The notes beneath the pieces are model-generated. The model searched no databases and had not been told where the DNA came from. It saw only the letters and a program-made list of their open reading frames with translations. A DNA stretch of 64,000 nt from positions 32,001 to 96,000 of the forward strand of contig OZ219753.1 of NCBI GenBank assembly GCA_964291315.2, written 5' to 3'. Position numbers and translations under genes: made by a program. Shown here one piece after another: positions 30,602 to 40,064 of this stretch. This stretch comes from Candidatus Poribacteria bacterium (GTDB taxonomy: Bacteria; Poribacteria; WGA-4E; WGA-3G). Position 1 is the stretch's first letter; each line of letters begins with the position of its first letter.

Positions 30602-31264
30602 TACGTTCGTTCTCCTCTGTTGAAGATGCGCAGACTGCGAGTCTATGCTGCGAGTCTCTTGCACATCTGTTGTTACAAAGTTAAACATAGACAAATGAGT
30701 GCCGGTCGCAGAGATTGCGGGTCCATACACTGCTTTTCTACTTACACATTTATGCTGAGGGAGATCCTCATACACGGGCTATTAAGTGTTTCTGATACAC
30801 GAGAAACTAACAGCGTCTGCTAAAAGTCTCTGTGGAAGTGAAGATGCACAGACTGCGAGTCTATGCTAGGAGTCTCTTGCACAACTGAACAGGTTGTGAT
30901 GCAACAGAGCGCTCTCAATCTTTATTTTAGTCTCACGTTACGATATTATAACGTAAAAAGTCTGCAAAGAACAACAAAACCTATCTAGATTATACCTTAA
31001 GTTGTTAGGTATGTCAAATATTTTTTACTAAAGGAGTGGGGTATCGCTATTTGGCACTCAACTTTTTGGGTGTTTGTATAAGCGAGTTGCTTTGGTATCT
31101 CTATTTAGGTTGCGGGATATATTGGTGTGTGTTAGGTTGTATCTAGAGGTAGGTTCTGTGTTAAGTAGAAAAGCAACTTGACATATCGTCTGATTTTCTA
31201 TAAAAAGGGTGAGTTTTATAATTGTTGGGCATATCTTTCTCACGTCATAAGACAAGGAGGGTGC

Positions 31265-31300
31265 ATGATACGTTTAAATGAGATCAGGCACGAGAATGGC
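31265..31300 (+). pseudogene. 5' stub of the 34883 DNA methyltransferase at the duplication junction
   Basis: ATGATACGTTTAAATGAGATCAGGCACGAGAATGGC is identical to 34883-34918, then runs directly into the palindrome. Confidence 0.9.
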
Positions 31301-31341
31301 TTAACGGTGGGGGGACACTTAAATGTCCCCCCACCGTTAAG
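31300..31341. terminator. Second copy of the palindrome (18-bp arms, with TTAA near both ends)
   Basis: CTTAACGGTGGGGGGACA-cttaaa-TGTCCCCCCACCGTTAAG. Confidence 0.75.
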
Positions 31342-31368
31342 GTTGTCTCTGTGTAATGGTTGTGTCTG

Positions 31369-34218
31369 CTATTTGTTAGACGATTTGAGCTCCCCCCATC
31401 GGGTTGTGAGCTTACTATTCGCAGAGACGTTCCCGCGCAGGTGCGTCGTCCTGAGCGTTGTGCGCACGCCATTCATAGCGACGTCTTGTATCTGATAGTA
31501 ATAGACGACGTTGGGTTTCGCGGTGGTATCTGTGTAGGTATAGACGTGCTTCTCGGATGTTGTGCCGTGTCCTGCGATCAGTCCTTTTGTGTTAATCACT
31601 TGGAACTCGCCGTTTTTGTTTTCGCTGCGCAGGATGTTGAATCCTGCGTTGTTGAGTTCGGCCTGCGTTATCCAAGTAATCTCGACGTGTCCTGTTGCGG
31701 TGTTGCGCACTGGGCGGAAGCTGGAGAGCGAGACGGGTAGGGGTCCGCCGAGGCGGTAGCCGGGAGTGCTGATATCGTCTCGGTGTCCGTAGTAGGTCAC
31801 GGATGCGCCGACCTGCTTAGACTGCATCCAGGCGTTTTCCATTAGTCCGTCTTTAGCGTCATGGGGTCCAGCGCCCATTGCCTTCTTGCTTGCTTCGTTG
31901 AAGATAGCGCCATAGGTTCTGATGATAGACTTTCGGCTGTCGCCGGATGCGGGCAGTTCCCATTCGTGTGTTTGCACTGCGCCGTCTATTTTAAGGTTGC
32001 CGGCGGTGTCTATAACCGTCATTTCTGTCCGCCCGTCTTCGTTAGATTTTGCGCGGAGTTCGAGATGGAATCCAGTGGGACTCAACAAGCGCTGCTCGCG
32101 CGGGGTCAGCCCTAGGTCGTTGCGGTGTTTTGCTTGTAGGTTGTAGACGTGGTTTTCAGCTACATCATTCGATCCGCTGTTTGAAACCAGCAGTAATGTC
32201 TGATTCGGTAGGATATACGTGCCTGCCTCAAACGTGAACTTGGCATTTACATAGGATTGTGTCTGTGTGTTCTCGTTGCGGATCTCAAATTCCCAGCCCT
32301 CAAGGTTCACGGTCTGCATCATAGAGCTGTTGTAGAGTTCTATCCACTGGATCAAGTTCTGGCGCGGTCCTGCGTCATACATAATCTCGCTGATGGTGAC
32401 TGTTCCGTCGAAGACGTAATCGTCATCAGTTGATGCGGTGTCTCTATCGTCACTGATCGTGTTAACAGCTACGTTGGGGTATCCTGGTGTACCAGGGGAT
32501 GTCATTGTGTCAACGTTTCTGTCGTGTCCGCGATCGTAGCCTGTGCCGCTGAACCCGAACGACTGCCAATCGTTTTTGTGAACGCGGTTCGCCTGCGACT
32601 TCGCGACATACATGCCCTTCGTGTTCAGCTGGACCCCCCGGCCGAACGACATGTTTTGAGAGGCGAAGGTGTTCATACCGCCGAAGTCGTTATCATCAAG
32701 GTCTCCCGGCTTCGTCCACGCGATGAAGGGCCAGACCTCCGTATTGAACTTCTTATCTTCCATGCGCTTGAAGAACCCGTTGCCTGCGTAGTCTTTGATA
32801 TTTGTTGGCTTGCCGACGTCGTCTGCATGATCGCGTGTGCGTAGCAGGATCAGGAACTTGCCTTTGGCGGGGAGGTTTAGATCTTTAATGACGGCGTACT
32901 TGTGTGTGGCGCCCTTTTTGGTGTCGGTTTGGGTTGCGGGGTCGGCAACGTTTATGCCTCCTGCGAGTGCGACGCTTTTCCCGGGGTCTCGGTTATAGAT
33001 AACGAGGTAGTCGCCTGGCATCATCTGATGTTCGGGCAGTACGGCGAGTTTTGTGTCGGTGAAGTTGGCGTCGCCTGATTCGTGATAGCCGCTGCCGTCA
33101 GTCTTCATTTTCCCCATCGCCAAGCTGAGCGTATAGTTCTTGACATTGACAGCGGGGTCCGATGCGTTGTCGCTATTGTAGAAGAGCTCTATCCAGTCCA
33201 AGTTTTCATCGGAGGTGTCGTTGCGCACCTCGTTGATGATGATGCCTTTATCGGAGAAGGAGGCGGGAGTCGTTTGAAACTGGACTATATTCGGACCGCT
33301 CGTACTAACCGGAACGTGCCCCGGGGTCCCCCAGTAATAACCACTGAGGTTAATCCGGCCTCCGCTTCTGGGTCCCTCAACGTTAGAGGCTTCCCAGGAG
33401 CTTGCTTCTTCGCCGTCGCCGAGACCGACTAGTTTTCCATCTTTGTCGCGTTTAAACTTTTTCCCTGTGTCATCCACCTCGATTTTCCGATACATGGAGA
33501 CCATATACTCGCGAGGTGCCCCGGTATCCTCGTTTCCGTCGGTATCGCCATTTGTGCCTTTTAGCTCCCACTTCCGGTTCCAACGATCCAAGAGTGAGAC
33601 ACGATCCAAAACGACATAATCGTCCCCGCCCGTACCCTTAAACTTCCCGCCCGCGGCAGGGTAAGTCCGATTCTTATCTATATCGGTATAGAAATAGAGC
33701 CAATCGTCGGGCCTCAAACCGTTGTTATAGAGTTCAACCCATTGTGCGGTTGTTCTGGCCGGGTCGTCTTGCCCCCACATGATCTCTGTGATAACGACCT
33801 TGTGTTTCGCTTTCATCAGATCCTCTGCTGATGGATCAACTTTTATGCTCTGCTTTGGATAACTTGCAAGGTTAGTTCCTGTCACGATGCGCTGTGCAAG
33901 TATGATCGAGCCGCCGCTCTCCAAGGTAGTCTTGAAGTCAGGTAAGTTCGCCCACCCTCTCCCTTTTACGCCGATGCTTATACCGTTATTAAGGTCGGTT
34001 CCATCAGCGCTTTTTGCGATTATATAGAAGCCTCCTTCTGACAAGTCGTGGGTTTTTGGGTCGTCTGCTTTGTACCATGGATGTGTAGCGGTGATTTGCG
34101 TTTTCTTAAATTCACTCCAGTTGCTCTGCCAGCTAAGCTGGGCGTGTGCGGTTGCGCCGGTGAACAGCAGTCCTAATACTCCGAATACTACGAAAATTCT
34201 AATTTTATTTGATAACAT
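31369..34218 (-). CDS. Large secreted lamin-tail-domain repeat protein, copy B
   Basis: Same architecture as copy A, with a divergent N-terminal domain. Confidence 0.85.
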   Translation of the reverse strand: MLSNKIRIFVVFGVLGLLFTGATAHAQLSWQSNWSEFKKTQITATHPWYKADDPKTHDLSEGGFYIIAKSADGTDLNNGISIGVKGRGWANLPDFKTTLESGGSIILAQRIVTGTNLASYPKQSIKVDPSAEDLMKAKHKVVITEIMWGQDDPARTTAQWVELYNNGLRPDDWLYFYTDIDKNRTYPAAGGKFKGTGGDDYVVLDRVSLLDRWNRKWELKGTNGDTDGNEDTGAPREYMVSMYRKIEVDDTGKKFKRDKDGKLVGLGDGEEASSWEASNVEGPRSGGRINLSGYYWGTPGHVPVSTSGPNIVQFQTTPASFSDKGIIINEVRNDTSDENLDWIELFYNSDNASDPAVNVKNYTLSLAMGKMKTDGSGYHESGDANFTDTKLAVLPEHQMMPGDYLVIYNRDPGKSVALAGGINVADPATQTDTKKGATHKYAVIKDLNLPAKGKFLILLRTRDHADDVGKPTNIKDYAGNGFFKRMEDKKFNTEVWPFIAWTKPGDLDDNDFGGMNTFASQNMSFGRGVQLNTKGMYVAKSQANRVHKNDWQSFGFSGTGYDRGHDRNVDTMTSPGTPGYPNVAVNTISDDRDTASTDDDYVFDGTVTISEIMYDAGPRQNLIQWIELYNSSMMQTVNLEGWEFEIRNENTQTQSYVNAKFTFEAGTYILPNQTLLLVSNSGSNDVAENHVYNLQAKHRNDLGLTPREQRLLSPTGFHLELRAKSNEDGRTEMTVIDTAGNLKIDGAVQTHEWELPASGDSRKSIIRTYGAIFNEASKKAMGAGPHDAKDGLMENAWMQSKQVGASVTYYGHRDDISTPGYRLGGPLPVSLSSFRPVRNTATGHVEITWITQAELNNAGFNILRSENKNGEFQVINTKGLIAGHGTTSEKHVYTYTDTTAKPNVVYYYQIQDVAMNGVRTTLRTTHLRGNVSANSKLTTRWGELKSSNK

Positions 34219-34794
34219 CACGTTCGTTCTCCTCTGTTGAAGATGCGCAGACTGCGAGTCTATGCTACGCGTCTCTTGCACATCTGTTGTTACAAAGTTA
34301 AACATAGACAAATGAGTGCTGGTCGCAGAGATTGCGGGTCCATACACTGCTTTTCTATTTACACATTTATGCTGAGGGAGATCCTCATACACGGGCTATT
34401 AAGTGTTTCTGATACACGAGAAACTAACAGCGTCTGCTAAAAGTCTCTGTGGAAGTGAAGATGCACAGACTGCGAGTCTATGCTGTGAGTCTCTTGCACA
34501 ACTGAACAGGTTGTGATGCAACAGAGCGCTCTCAATCTTTATTTTAGTCTCACGTTACGATATTATAACGTAAAAAGTCTGCAAAGAACAACAAAACCTA
34601 TCTAGATTATACCTTAAGTTGTTAGGTATGTCAAATATTTTTTACTAAAGGAGTGGGGTATCGCTATTTGGCACTCAACTTTTTGGGTGTTTGTATAAGC
34701 GAGTTGCTTTGGTATCTCTATTTAGGTTGCGGGATATATTGGTGTGTGTTAGGTTGTATCTAGAGGTAGGTTTTGTGTTAAGTAGAAAAGCAAC

Positions 34795-34823
34795 TTGACA
34801 TATCGTCTGATTTTCTATAAAAT
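34795..34823 (+). promoter_or_regulatory. sigma70 promoter of the MTase-XPB-DUF790 operon
   Basis: TTGACA-17 bp-TAAAAT. Confidence 0.65.
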
Positions 34824-34882
34824 AGGGTGAGTTTTATAATTGTTGGGCATATCTTTCTCACGTCATAAGACAAGGAGGGTGC

Positions 34883-35683
34883 ATGATACGTTTAAATGAG
34901 ATCAGGCACGAGAATGGCCTCGATACAATGGACGCGATGGGTGCTGAATGTATCGATCTGGTGGTAACCTCGCCTCCGTACGATGAAATGCGTGAGTATG
35001 AAGGTTACGAGTTGGAAGGTTTTGAACGGATTGCCACTGCACTGTATAAAGTCGTTAAGGTTGGCGGTGTGATTGTGTGGGTGATTGGCGACCAAACGGT
35101 AAAAGGGAACGAATCGGGTACTTCATTCCGTCAAGCGCTCTATTTCAAGGAGATCGGTTTTAATTTATTTGATACTATGATCTACTTGAAACCGCCTAGA
35201 GGGGCGTGTGGGGATAATCGCACGTATTGGCAGTCTTTTGAATATATGTTTGTTTTCAGCAAAGGACGGCCGAAAACGATCAATCTCATTAGAGATAGAA
35301 AAAACAAGGAGGCTCGCAAAGGGGATAGGGGCACAAAACGTTTGCCGGATGGAACGTTGTCCAAGCAGAGTCGCAAGGGCTACACAGCGTATGGTAGGCG
35401 AACTAATGTGTGGCAGTATATGATCGGCAACGGGCATTCGGCGACGGATAAAATAGCATATGGGCATCCTGCGATATTTCCTGAACGGTTGGCGGAAGAT
35501 CATATCCGTTCGTGGAGCGATGCGGGAGATGTGGTGTATGATCCGTTTCTCGGTAGTGGGACTGTGGCGCTTATGGCGGCGTTGAATGGTAGACATTACA
35601 TCGGTTCTGAGATTAACAAGACATACTGTGAAATTGCGGTAGAGAGGCTTCAGAGGTATGGCGGTGCTAAGCATCGACTTTGA
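34883..35683 (+). CDS. Site-specific DNA methyltransferase, beta class (N4-C/N6-A)
   Basis: TSPPY (motif IV) before HPAIFP..DPFLGSGT (motif I); RBS AAGGAGG. Confidence 0.93.
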   Translation: MIRLNEIRHENGLDTMDAMGAECIDLVVTSPPYDEMREYEGYELEGFERIATALYKVVKVGGVIVWVIGDQTVKGNESGTSFRQALYFKEIGFNLFDTMIYLKPPRGACGDNRTYWQSFEYMFVFSKGRPKTINLIRDRKNKEARKGDRGTKRLPDGTLSKQSRKGYTAYGRRTNVWQYMIGNGHSATDKIAYGHPAIFPERLAEDHIRSWSDAGDVVYDPFLGSGTVALMAALNGRHYIGSEINKTYCEIAVERLQRYGGAKHRL

Positions 35684-37031
35684 CAAAGGCACTCTGGTGT
35701 TACAAAACGTTCCGGAGGCGCTTCAGGCGCTCTTGCCGGATCTGCGTTGGGACGATCGGACGCTTACCTTCCGTGCGCCGGCGTATCGCTATCGGCGCAT
35801 CGTTTCCGAGTTGCGCGCGCACGATTTGCCCTATCAAGACACAGCACGGCAATTCGGCGTTGAACGTTTCACGTTCCAACAAGAGCTGTCACCGTACACT
35901 TATCAGCGTGATGCAATTGATGCATGGCATGCCAACGGCAAACGGGGTGTGATAAGTCTTCCGACGGGTGCGGGGAAAACCTTCATCGCCCTTCTGCTCA
36001 TTGCGGAGATCCAACGGCCTACTCTTGTGCATGTGCCGACAATTGATTTAATGAATCAATGGTACAGTGTGCTAAAAGACTCCTTTGGAGAAGAGGTGGG
36101 GCTTTACGGCGGCGGGTATCACGAATTGCGGCATCTCACTGTCACGACCTACCCATCTGCTGTTGTGCATGTGCCTTACTATGGGCATCGGTTTGGGTTC
36201 GCTATTTTCGATGAATGTCATCATCTGCCGGGTGAACAGTATCAGTACGCTGCGATCAGCAGTATTGCGCCGTTTCGGTTGGGGTTGACAGCGACGCCTG
36301 AGCGCGTTGATGGGAGAGAGCGTCGACTCTATGCGCTTGTTGGCGAGTGTTGCTATGAGGCGCAGGTGCAGGAACTTTCTGGGAAGACACTTTCTGAGTA
36401 CCGCGTTGTGACCATAGCGGTTGAAATGGGAGACATGGAACGCGTGCAGTATGAAAAGTCCCGTCGCGTGTATTTAAACTTTCTCAAGCAGTCGAACATC
36501 AATATGGGCAATCCAGGTGGGTGGCGGCTGTTTCTCTGGAAGTCCTCACAAACGGATGCGGGTCGCGCGGCTTTCAAGGCGTATCTCAGACAGAAGCGTC
36601 TCAGTTTTGCGTCTACTATGAAGCAGGAATGGGTGTGGAAGCTGATTCAGCGGCATCGGGGCGATCGGGTTCTGATTTTTACGCAAGATAACGATACCGC
36701 CTACCAGCTCGGTACCCGTTTCTTTCTGCCGGTGCTGACGCATCAGACGAAGCTGAAGGAGCGGCATGCTTTTTTGAATGGATTTCGAGACGGCACCTAT
36801 TCCATTTTGGTTACTTCAAAGGTTCTCAACGAAGGCGTGGATGTGCCGGAGGCGAATGTCGCTATTATTGTTTCGGGGAGCGGCAGTGTGCGGGAGCATG
36901 TGCAGCGGTTGGGCCGCATTCTCCGTAAACGTGAGGGCAAGCAGGCGGTGCTGTATGAGCTGATCTCCAAGCGAACCGGTGAACACTTCGTCAACAAAAG
37001 ACGAAGACAGCACCACGCCTATCGGGCGTAG
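35658..37031 (+). CDS. XPB/Ssl2-like SF2 DNA helicase
   Basis: LPTGAGKT, DECHH, LGLTATP, NEGVDVP, QRLGRILR; N-terminal WDDR..FRAPAY as in archaeal-type XPB. Confidence 0.9.
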   Translation: MAVLSIDFDKGTLVLQNVPEALQALLPDLRWDDRTLTFRAPAYRYRRIVSELRAHDLPYQDTARQFGVERFTFQQELSPYTYQRDAIDAWHANGKRGVISLPTGAGKTFIALLLIAEIQRPTLVHVPTIDLMNQWYSVLKDSFGEEVGLYGGGYHELRHLTVTTYPSAVVHVPYYGHRFGFAIFDECHHLPGEQYQYAAISSIAPFRLGLTATPERVDGRERRLYALVGECCYEAQVQELSGKTLSEYRVVTIAVEMGDMERVQYEKSRRVYLNFLKQSNINMGNPGGWRLFLWKSSQTDAGRAAFKAYLRQKRLSFASTMKQEWVWKLIQRHRGDRVLIFTQDNDTAYQLGTRFFLPVLTHQTKLKERHAFLNGFRDGTYSILVTSKVLNEGVDVPEANVAIIVSGSGSVREHVQRLGRILRKREGKQAVLYELISKRTGEHFVNKRRRQHHAYRA

Positions 37032-37069
37032 TTCGGCCAGTATCTTGGCTGCCTAATTACAAGATTCTA

Positions 37070-38308
37070 ATGCTCACTAAAGCTCTGCTTCGGTATAACA
37101 TTAAGAACGGGCGAATTCTACCACAGTTTGTGAATCCGGCGGATGAGCAGCTGTTAGCGGTTGCTGGACGGTTAATCGATGTTTTTGAAGACTCGCCGGA
37201 CACCGCACGTGCGACCCTTGTGGAGAGCAGCAAGCGCATTATCGACGGTGCCTCGGGGCCGGCGATAGTCGCGCGCGGGCTCGAAAAGCTCTTGTTGGAC
37301 CGGACGGTGTTTGATACTGCGCCGAACGAAGAGCTCATCGCCTTCCGGCGGAAACTTTTCACCGAGACGAGTAGCCTGCTTTCACAGGAGCGGTTTCAGG
37401 ATTATAGGGCCTATCAGCGGAGAGTGTTTCAGATGACGGGGGATGCGTTCCTGCCGGAGATGGCGGCTACGGTGGAGCGGGATCTCGCGGCCAAGCTCTA
37501 CGCGGATTTACCGAGTCGCCAGCCCGTACTCGCTTTCAGGACGCTTTCGCCCGAGCGCCTGCTGCATCGCTATAACGCTGCGCAAGTGCAAGGGTTGCTC
37601 CTCCATTGTAACGGTATGCTCTTAAAACTGACTGCTTCCATGACAGCGGAGCTGCGTCAACTCTTCAAATACCTTAGATTCAACCAATTGCTATCTACTA
37701 TTCAGAAAGAGGGCGAGTTGTATCAAATTACCGTAGATGGCCCGCTCAATCTGTTTTACAAAACGAAGCGGTACGGCATGAACTTGGCGAATTTTTTTCT
37801 TGCAGTGCTCCATCAACCTAAATGGGAGCTGGCTGCAGATATCCAGTTTCGGAATAGACGGGGTGCCCGGTTGTTGCTCGATGAGTCGTGTGGTATCAGA
37901 CCGACATCACAACAGTTTCTCGCCTATATTCCGGAAGAGATTCAACTGTTTCAGGCGATGCTCGGCAATAAGACAGATGAGTGGCAGATCCGCCCCGGCA
38001 GTCAATTCCTCCCGTTAGTAGGGGATTTTTACTGTTTTCCGGACTACCAACTTTTTCATAAGAGCGGTGTGGAGACGGCTATTGAACTATTTCATCCGTG
38101 GCATCAAGGGCATCTCGTTGCTAGGCTGAATACGCTCGCTGCTCAGACGGAGGTGCCTCTGATTCTCGGGGTTTCAAGGGTATTAGCGAAGAAAACGTTG
38201 ATTGCGGAGGCACTCGCCGCATCTCCCTATTTTTCCAAGTTCGGTTTCACGTTTCGGGAGGTTCCGACTATGCGGGCCTTGCTTCCTATTTTGAATTCGC
38301 TTGTGTAG
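37070..38308 (+). CDS. DUF790/Bax1-family endonuclease
   Basis: RYNAAQVQGLL, DGPLNLF..TKRYG..LA, and C-terminal PDY..IELF nuclease-like motif; adjacent to XPB. Confidence 0.85.
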   Translation: MLTKALLRYNIKNGRILPQFVNPADEQLLAVAGRLIDVFEDSPDTARATLVESSKRIIDGASGPAIVARGLEKLLLDRTVFDTAPNEELIAFRRKLFTETSSLLSQERFQDYRAYQRRVFQMTGDAFLPEMAATVERDLAAKLYADLPSRQPVLAFRTLSPERLLHRYNAAQVQGLLLHCNGMLLKLTASMTAELRQLFKYLRFNQLLSTIQKEGELYQITVDGPLNLFYKTKRYGMNLANFFLAVLHQPKWELAADIQFRNRRGARLLLDESCGIRPTSQQFLAYIPEEIQLFQAMLGNKTDEWQIRPGSQFLPLVGDFYCFPDYQLFHKSGVETAIELFHPWHQGHLVARLNTLAAQTEVPLILGVSRVLAKKTLIAEALAASPYFSKFGFTFREVPTMRALLPILNSLV

Positions 38309-38344
38309 TTGGTCGAAAGAGGGTGTGTGAGCGGCGTTGCAGAT

Positions 38345-38368
38345 GCACAGACTCACAGTCTATGCTAG
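38345..38368 (-). repeat. GTAG-family REP palindrome (other copies at 30628, 30846, 34245, 34463, 45061, 60677, 61470, 61540)
   Basis: Consensus GCACAGACT-nnn-AGTCTATGCTAC; reverse complement starts with GTAG. Confidence 0.75.
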
Positions 38369-38483
38369 AAGCATCGAACAATAGGCATTTCCTTTAAGAT
38401 CTGAGGTATTTCGGAAAAGTGTGGATACCTTGATTTCAATCTGAATTTCTGCTAAAATGTAATACAGAGATGGAGGGAAACCC

Positions 38484-39020
38484 ATGATTTTTTTAGACAA
38501 GTCGCGTGCCATTGCGCTCTTGTTAGTATCGGGGTTGATAGTTTGGCTAATGGCGTGCGGTCCGAGACCTATTCCTTATTCACAGCGTACAGCTGTTGAA
38601 CCCAGTGAAGTCGCTGTAGCCCATTATAATTGGGGTATGGCATACGCTGAGCAAGGCAATTTCGGGCAGGCTATTACAGAGCTCACCTTGGCAATCCAGA
38701 GCGAACCGGGATGGGTAATGCCGTTTTTCACATTGGGTGTTATCTATGGCAATCAAGGGGAACTCGATAGAGCTATTCAAGCGTGGGAACGCGCCACGCA
38801 GCTGGATGCCGACTTCGCAAAGGCGCATTACAACCTCGCTGTTGCCTATTCACATAAGGCGGAGAAGATACGTTCAATCGCCTCATTGCGTGAAGCGATT
38901 CGGTTAGACGCGACAGCGCTTGCCGCTGCGAAAACAGAATCTGCATTTGACCTCATCCGCGGTACGACCGAATTCCAAGAATTAGAGAATTCGGTTGAAG
39001 TGGCGCCACCGCAAGAGTAA
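38484..39020 (+). CDS. TPR-repeat lipoprotein
   Basis: LMAC lipobox and three TPR units (AHYNWG, FFTLG, AHYNLA). Confidence 0.85.
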   Translation: MIFLDKSRAIALLLVSGLIVWLMACGPRPIPYSQRTAVEPSEVAVAHYNWGMAYAEQGNFGQAITELTLAIQSEPGWVMPFFTLGVIYGNQGELDRAIQAWERATQLDADFAKAHYNLAVAYSHKAEKIRSIASLREAIRLDATALAAAKTESAFDLIRGTTEFQELENSVEVAPPQE

Positions 39021-39985
39021 TGCTCCACCGAAAAGAGATGGCACGTTACACAACTCTTTCATCCTCAGCCCTGGCGAGTATTGTGGCACAATATTCCATC
39101 GGAGCCCCCGTGAAACTTGAGGGGGTTCCCGGCGGGTTTGGCAATAGCAACTACAAATTGACAACTACGGGCGGTGAGTTTCTCCTGAAAATTTGCGATG
39201 AGAAAGCCCCAGCGGAACTCAAGATGCAAAGTTCCCTGTTGCAGCATCTCTATGAACATGCGTATCCAACGGTCTATCCGATTCTAACGAAAAATCAGAA
39301 ACCAATCACACATGAACCAGTCGGCAGCGTGATGCTTTATCCTTTTCTGCAAGGGGATCACCCACGATCTTCCCCGGATACCTCGGCACAGCTCGGTGAG
39401 GCGTTAGCACAGTTGCACCACATCCGGCCGATCAGTGGACTCCCTGGGTTCGCCATGGGCATTTCACAGATGCTTCCTTTTTTCAAGGAGGTTCAAGGCA
39501 CACAATTTGCTGCTCATCCATTTGTTGAATCGCTGAAGGCGCAATTGGCAGCAATGAGATCACAGCTGGATGCCCCACTGCCGAAGGGACTTCTACACGG
39601 AGATCTGTTTTTGGATAACACGCTCTTTAATGGAGATAGCATGGTGGCAATCCTCGACTTCGAGGAAGCGTGTTATGATGTGCTGCTACTTGATATCGGT
39701 ATGACTCTCATCGGGTGTTGTTATACACCGCAGCACAGGCTGAATGTTAAAGCTGCACAACAATTTTTACGCACTTACAACGCGCTGCGTCCGTTGACAG
39801 AAAACGAGTGGGAGCATCTGGATTGCTTCGTTCGTTATGCTGCGCTCTCCATAGCCTTCTGGCGATTTAGACAATTTAACATCCGCCAACCCGATACAGG
39901 CCGCGCAAATGCATATCGGGAGATGCTAACCCGCAGCGAGCAGTGGATGATCGCTGGCATTGGTAAATATGGGGTGAGAACGTAG
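39020..39985 (+). CDS. thrB: Homoserine kinase, type II (APH fold)
   Basis: MARYT, NSNY, HGDLFLDN, ILDF; TAATG overlap with the upstream gene. Confidence 0.82.
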   Translation: MLHRKEMARYTTLSSSALASIVAQYSIGAPVKLEGVPGGFGNSNYKLTTTGGEFLLKICDEKAPAELKMQSSLLQHLYEHAYPTVYPILTKNQKPITHEPVGSVMLYPFLQGDHPRSSPDTSAQLGEALAQLHHIRPISGLPGFAMGISQMLPFFKEVQGTQFAAHPFVESLKAQLAAMRSQLDAPLPKGLLHGDLFLDNTLFNGDSMVAILDFEEACYDVLLLDIGMTLIGCCYTPQHRLNVKAAQQFLRTYNALRPLTENEWEHLDCFVRYAALSIAFWRFRQFNIRQPDTGRANAYREMLTRSEQWMIAGIGKYGVRT

Positions 39986-40064
39986 ATGTTGCATAAATTT
40001 CTATAGGTCTTTAGTTTAACTACTTGAACGCTAGGCGGCCGATAGCGAATAATAAAACAGAAAT

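Larger units (their letters stand above)
27707..34918. repeat. Tandem direct duplication of a ~3.6-kb unit (27707-31300 / 31301-34918)
   Basis: Both units contain the palindrome, the LTD gene, a ~700-bp near-identical upstream region and the first 12 codons of the methyltransferase. Confidence 0.95.

Noticed and set aside
30602-30775. N-terminal extensions of the LTD ORFs (to 30775 and 34392)
   Set aside because: They run through a REP element; the RBS and signal peptide place the starts at 30601 and 34218.
30621-30890. CRISPR array
   Set aside because: Only two repeats ~220 bp apart per locus, REP-like in sequence, and no cas genes.
31178-31495. 105-aa ORF
   Set aside because: A chimera of promoter DNA, the MTase stub, the palindrome and LTD antisense sequence.
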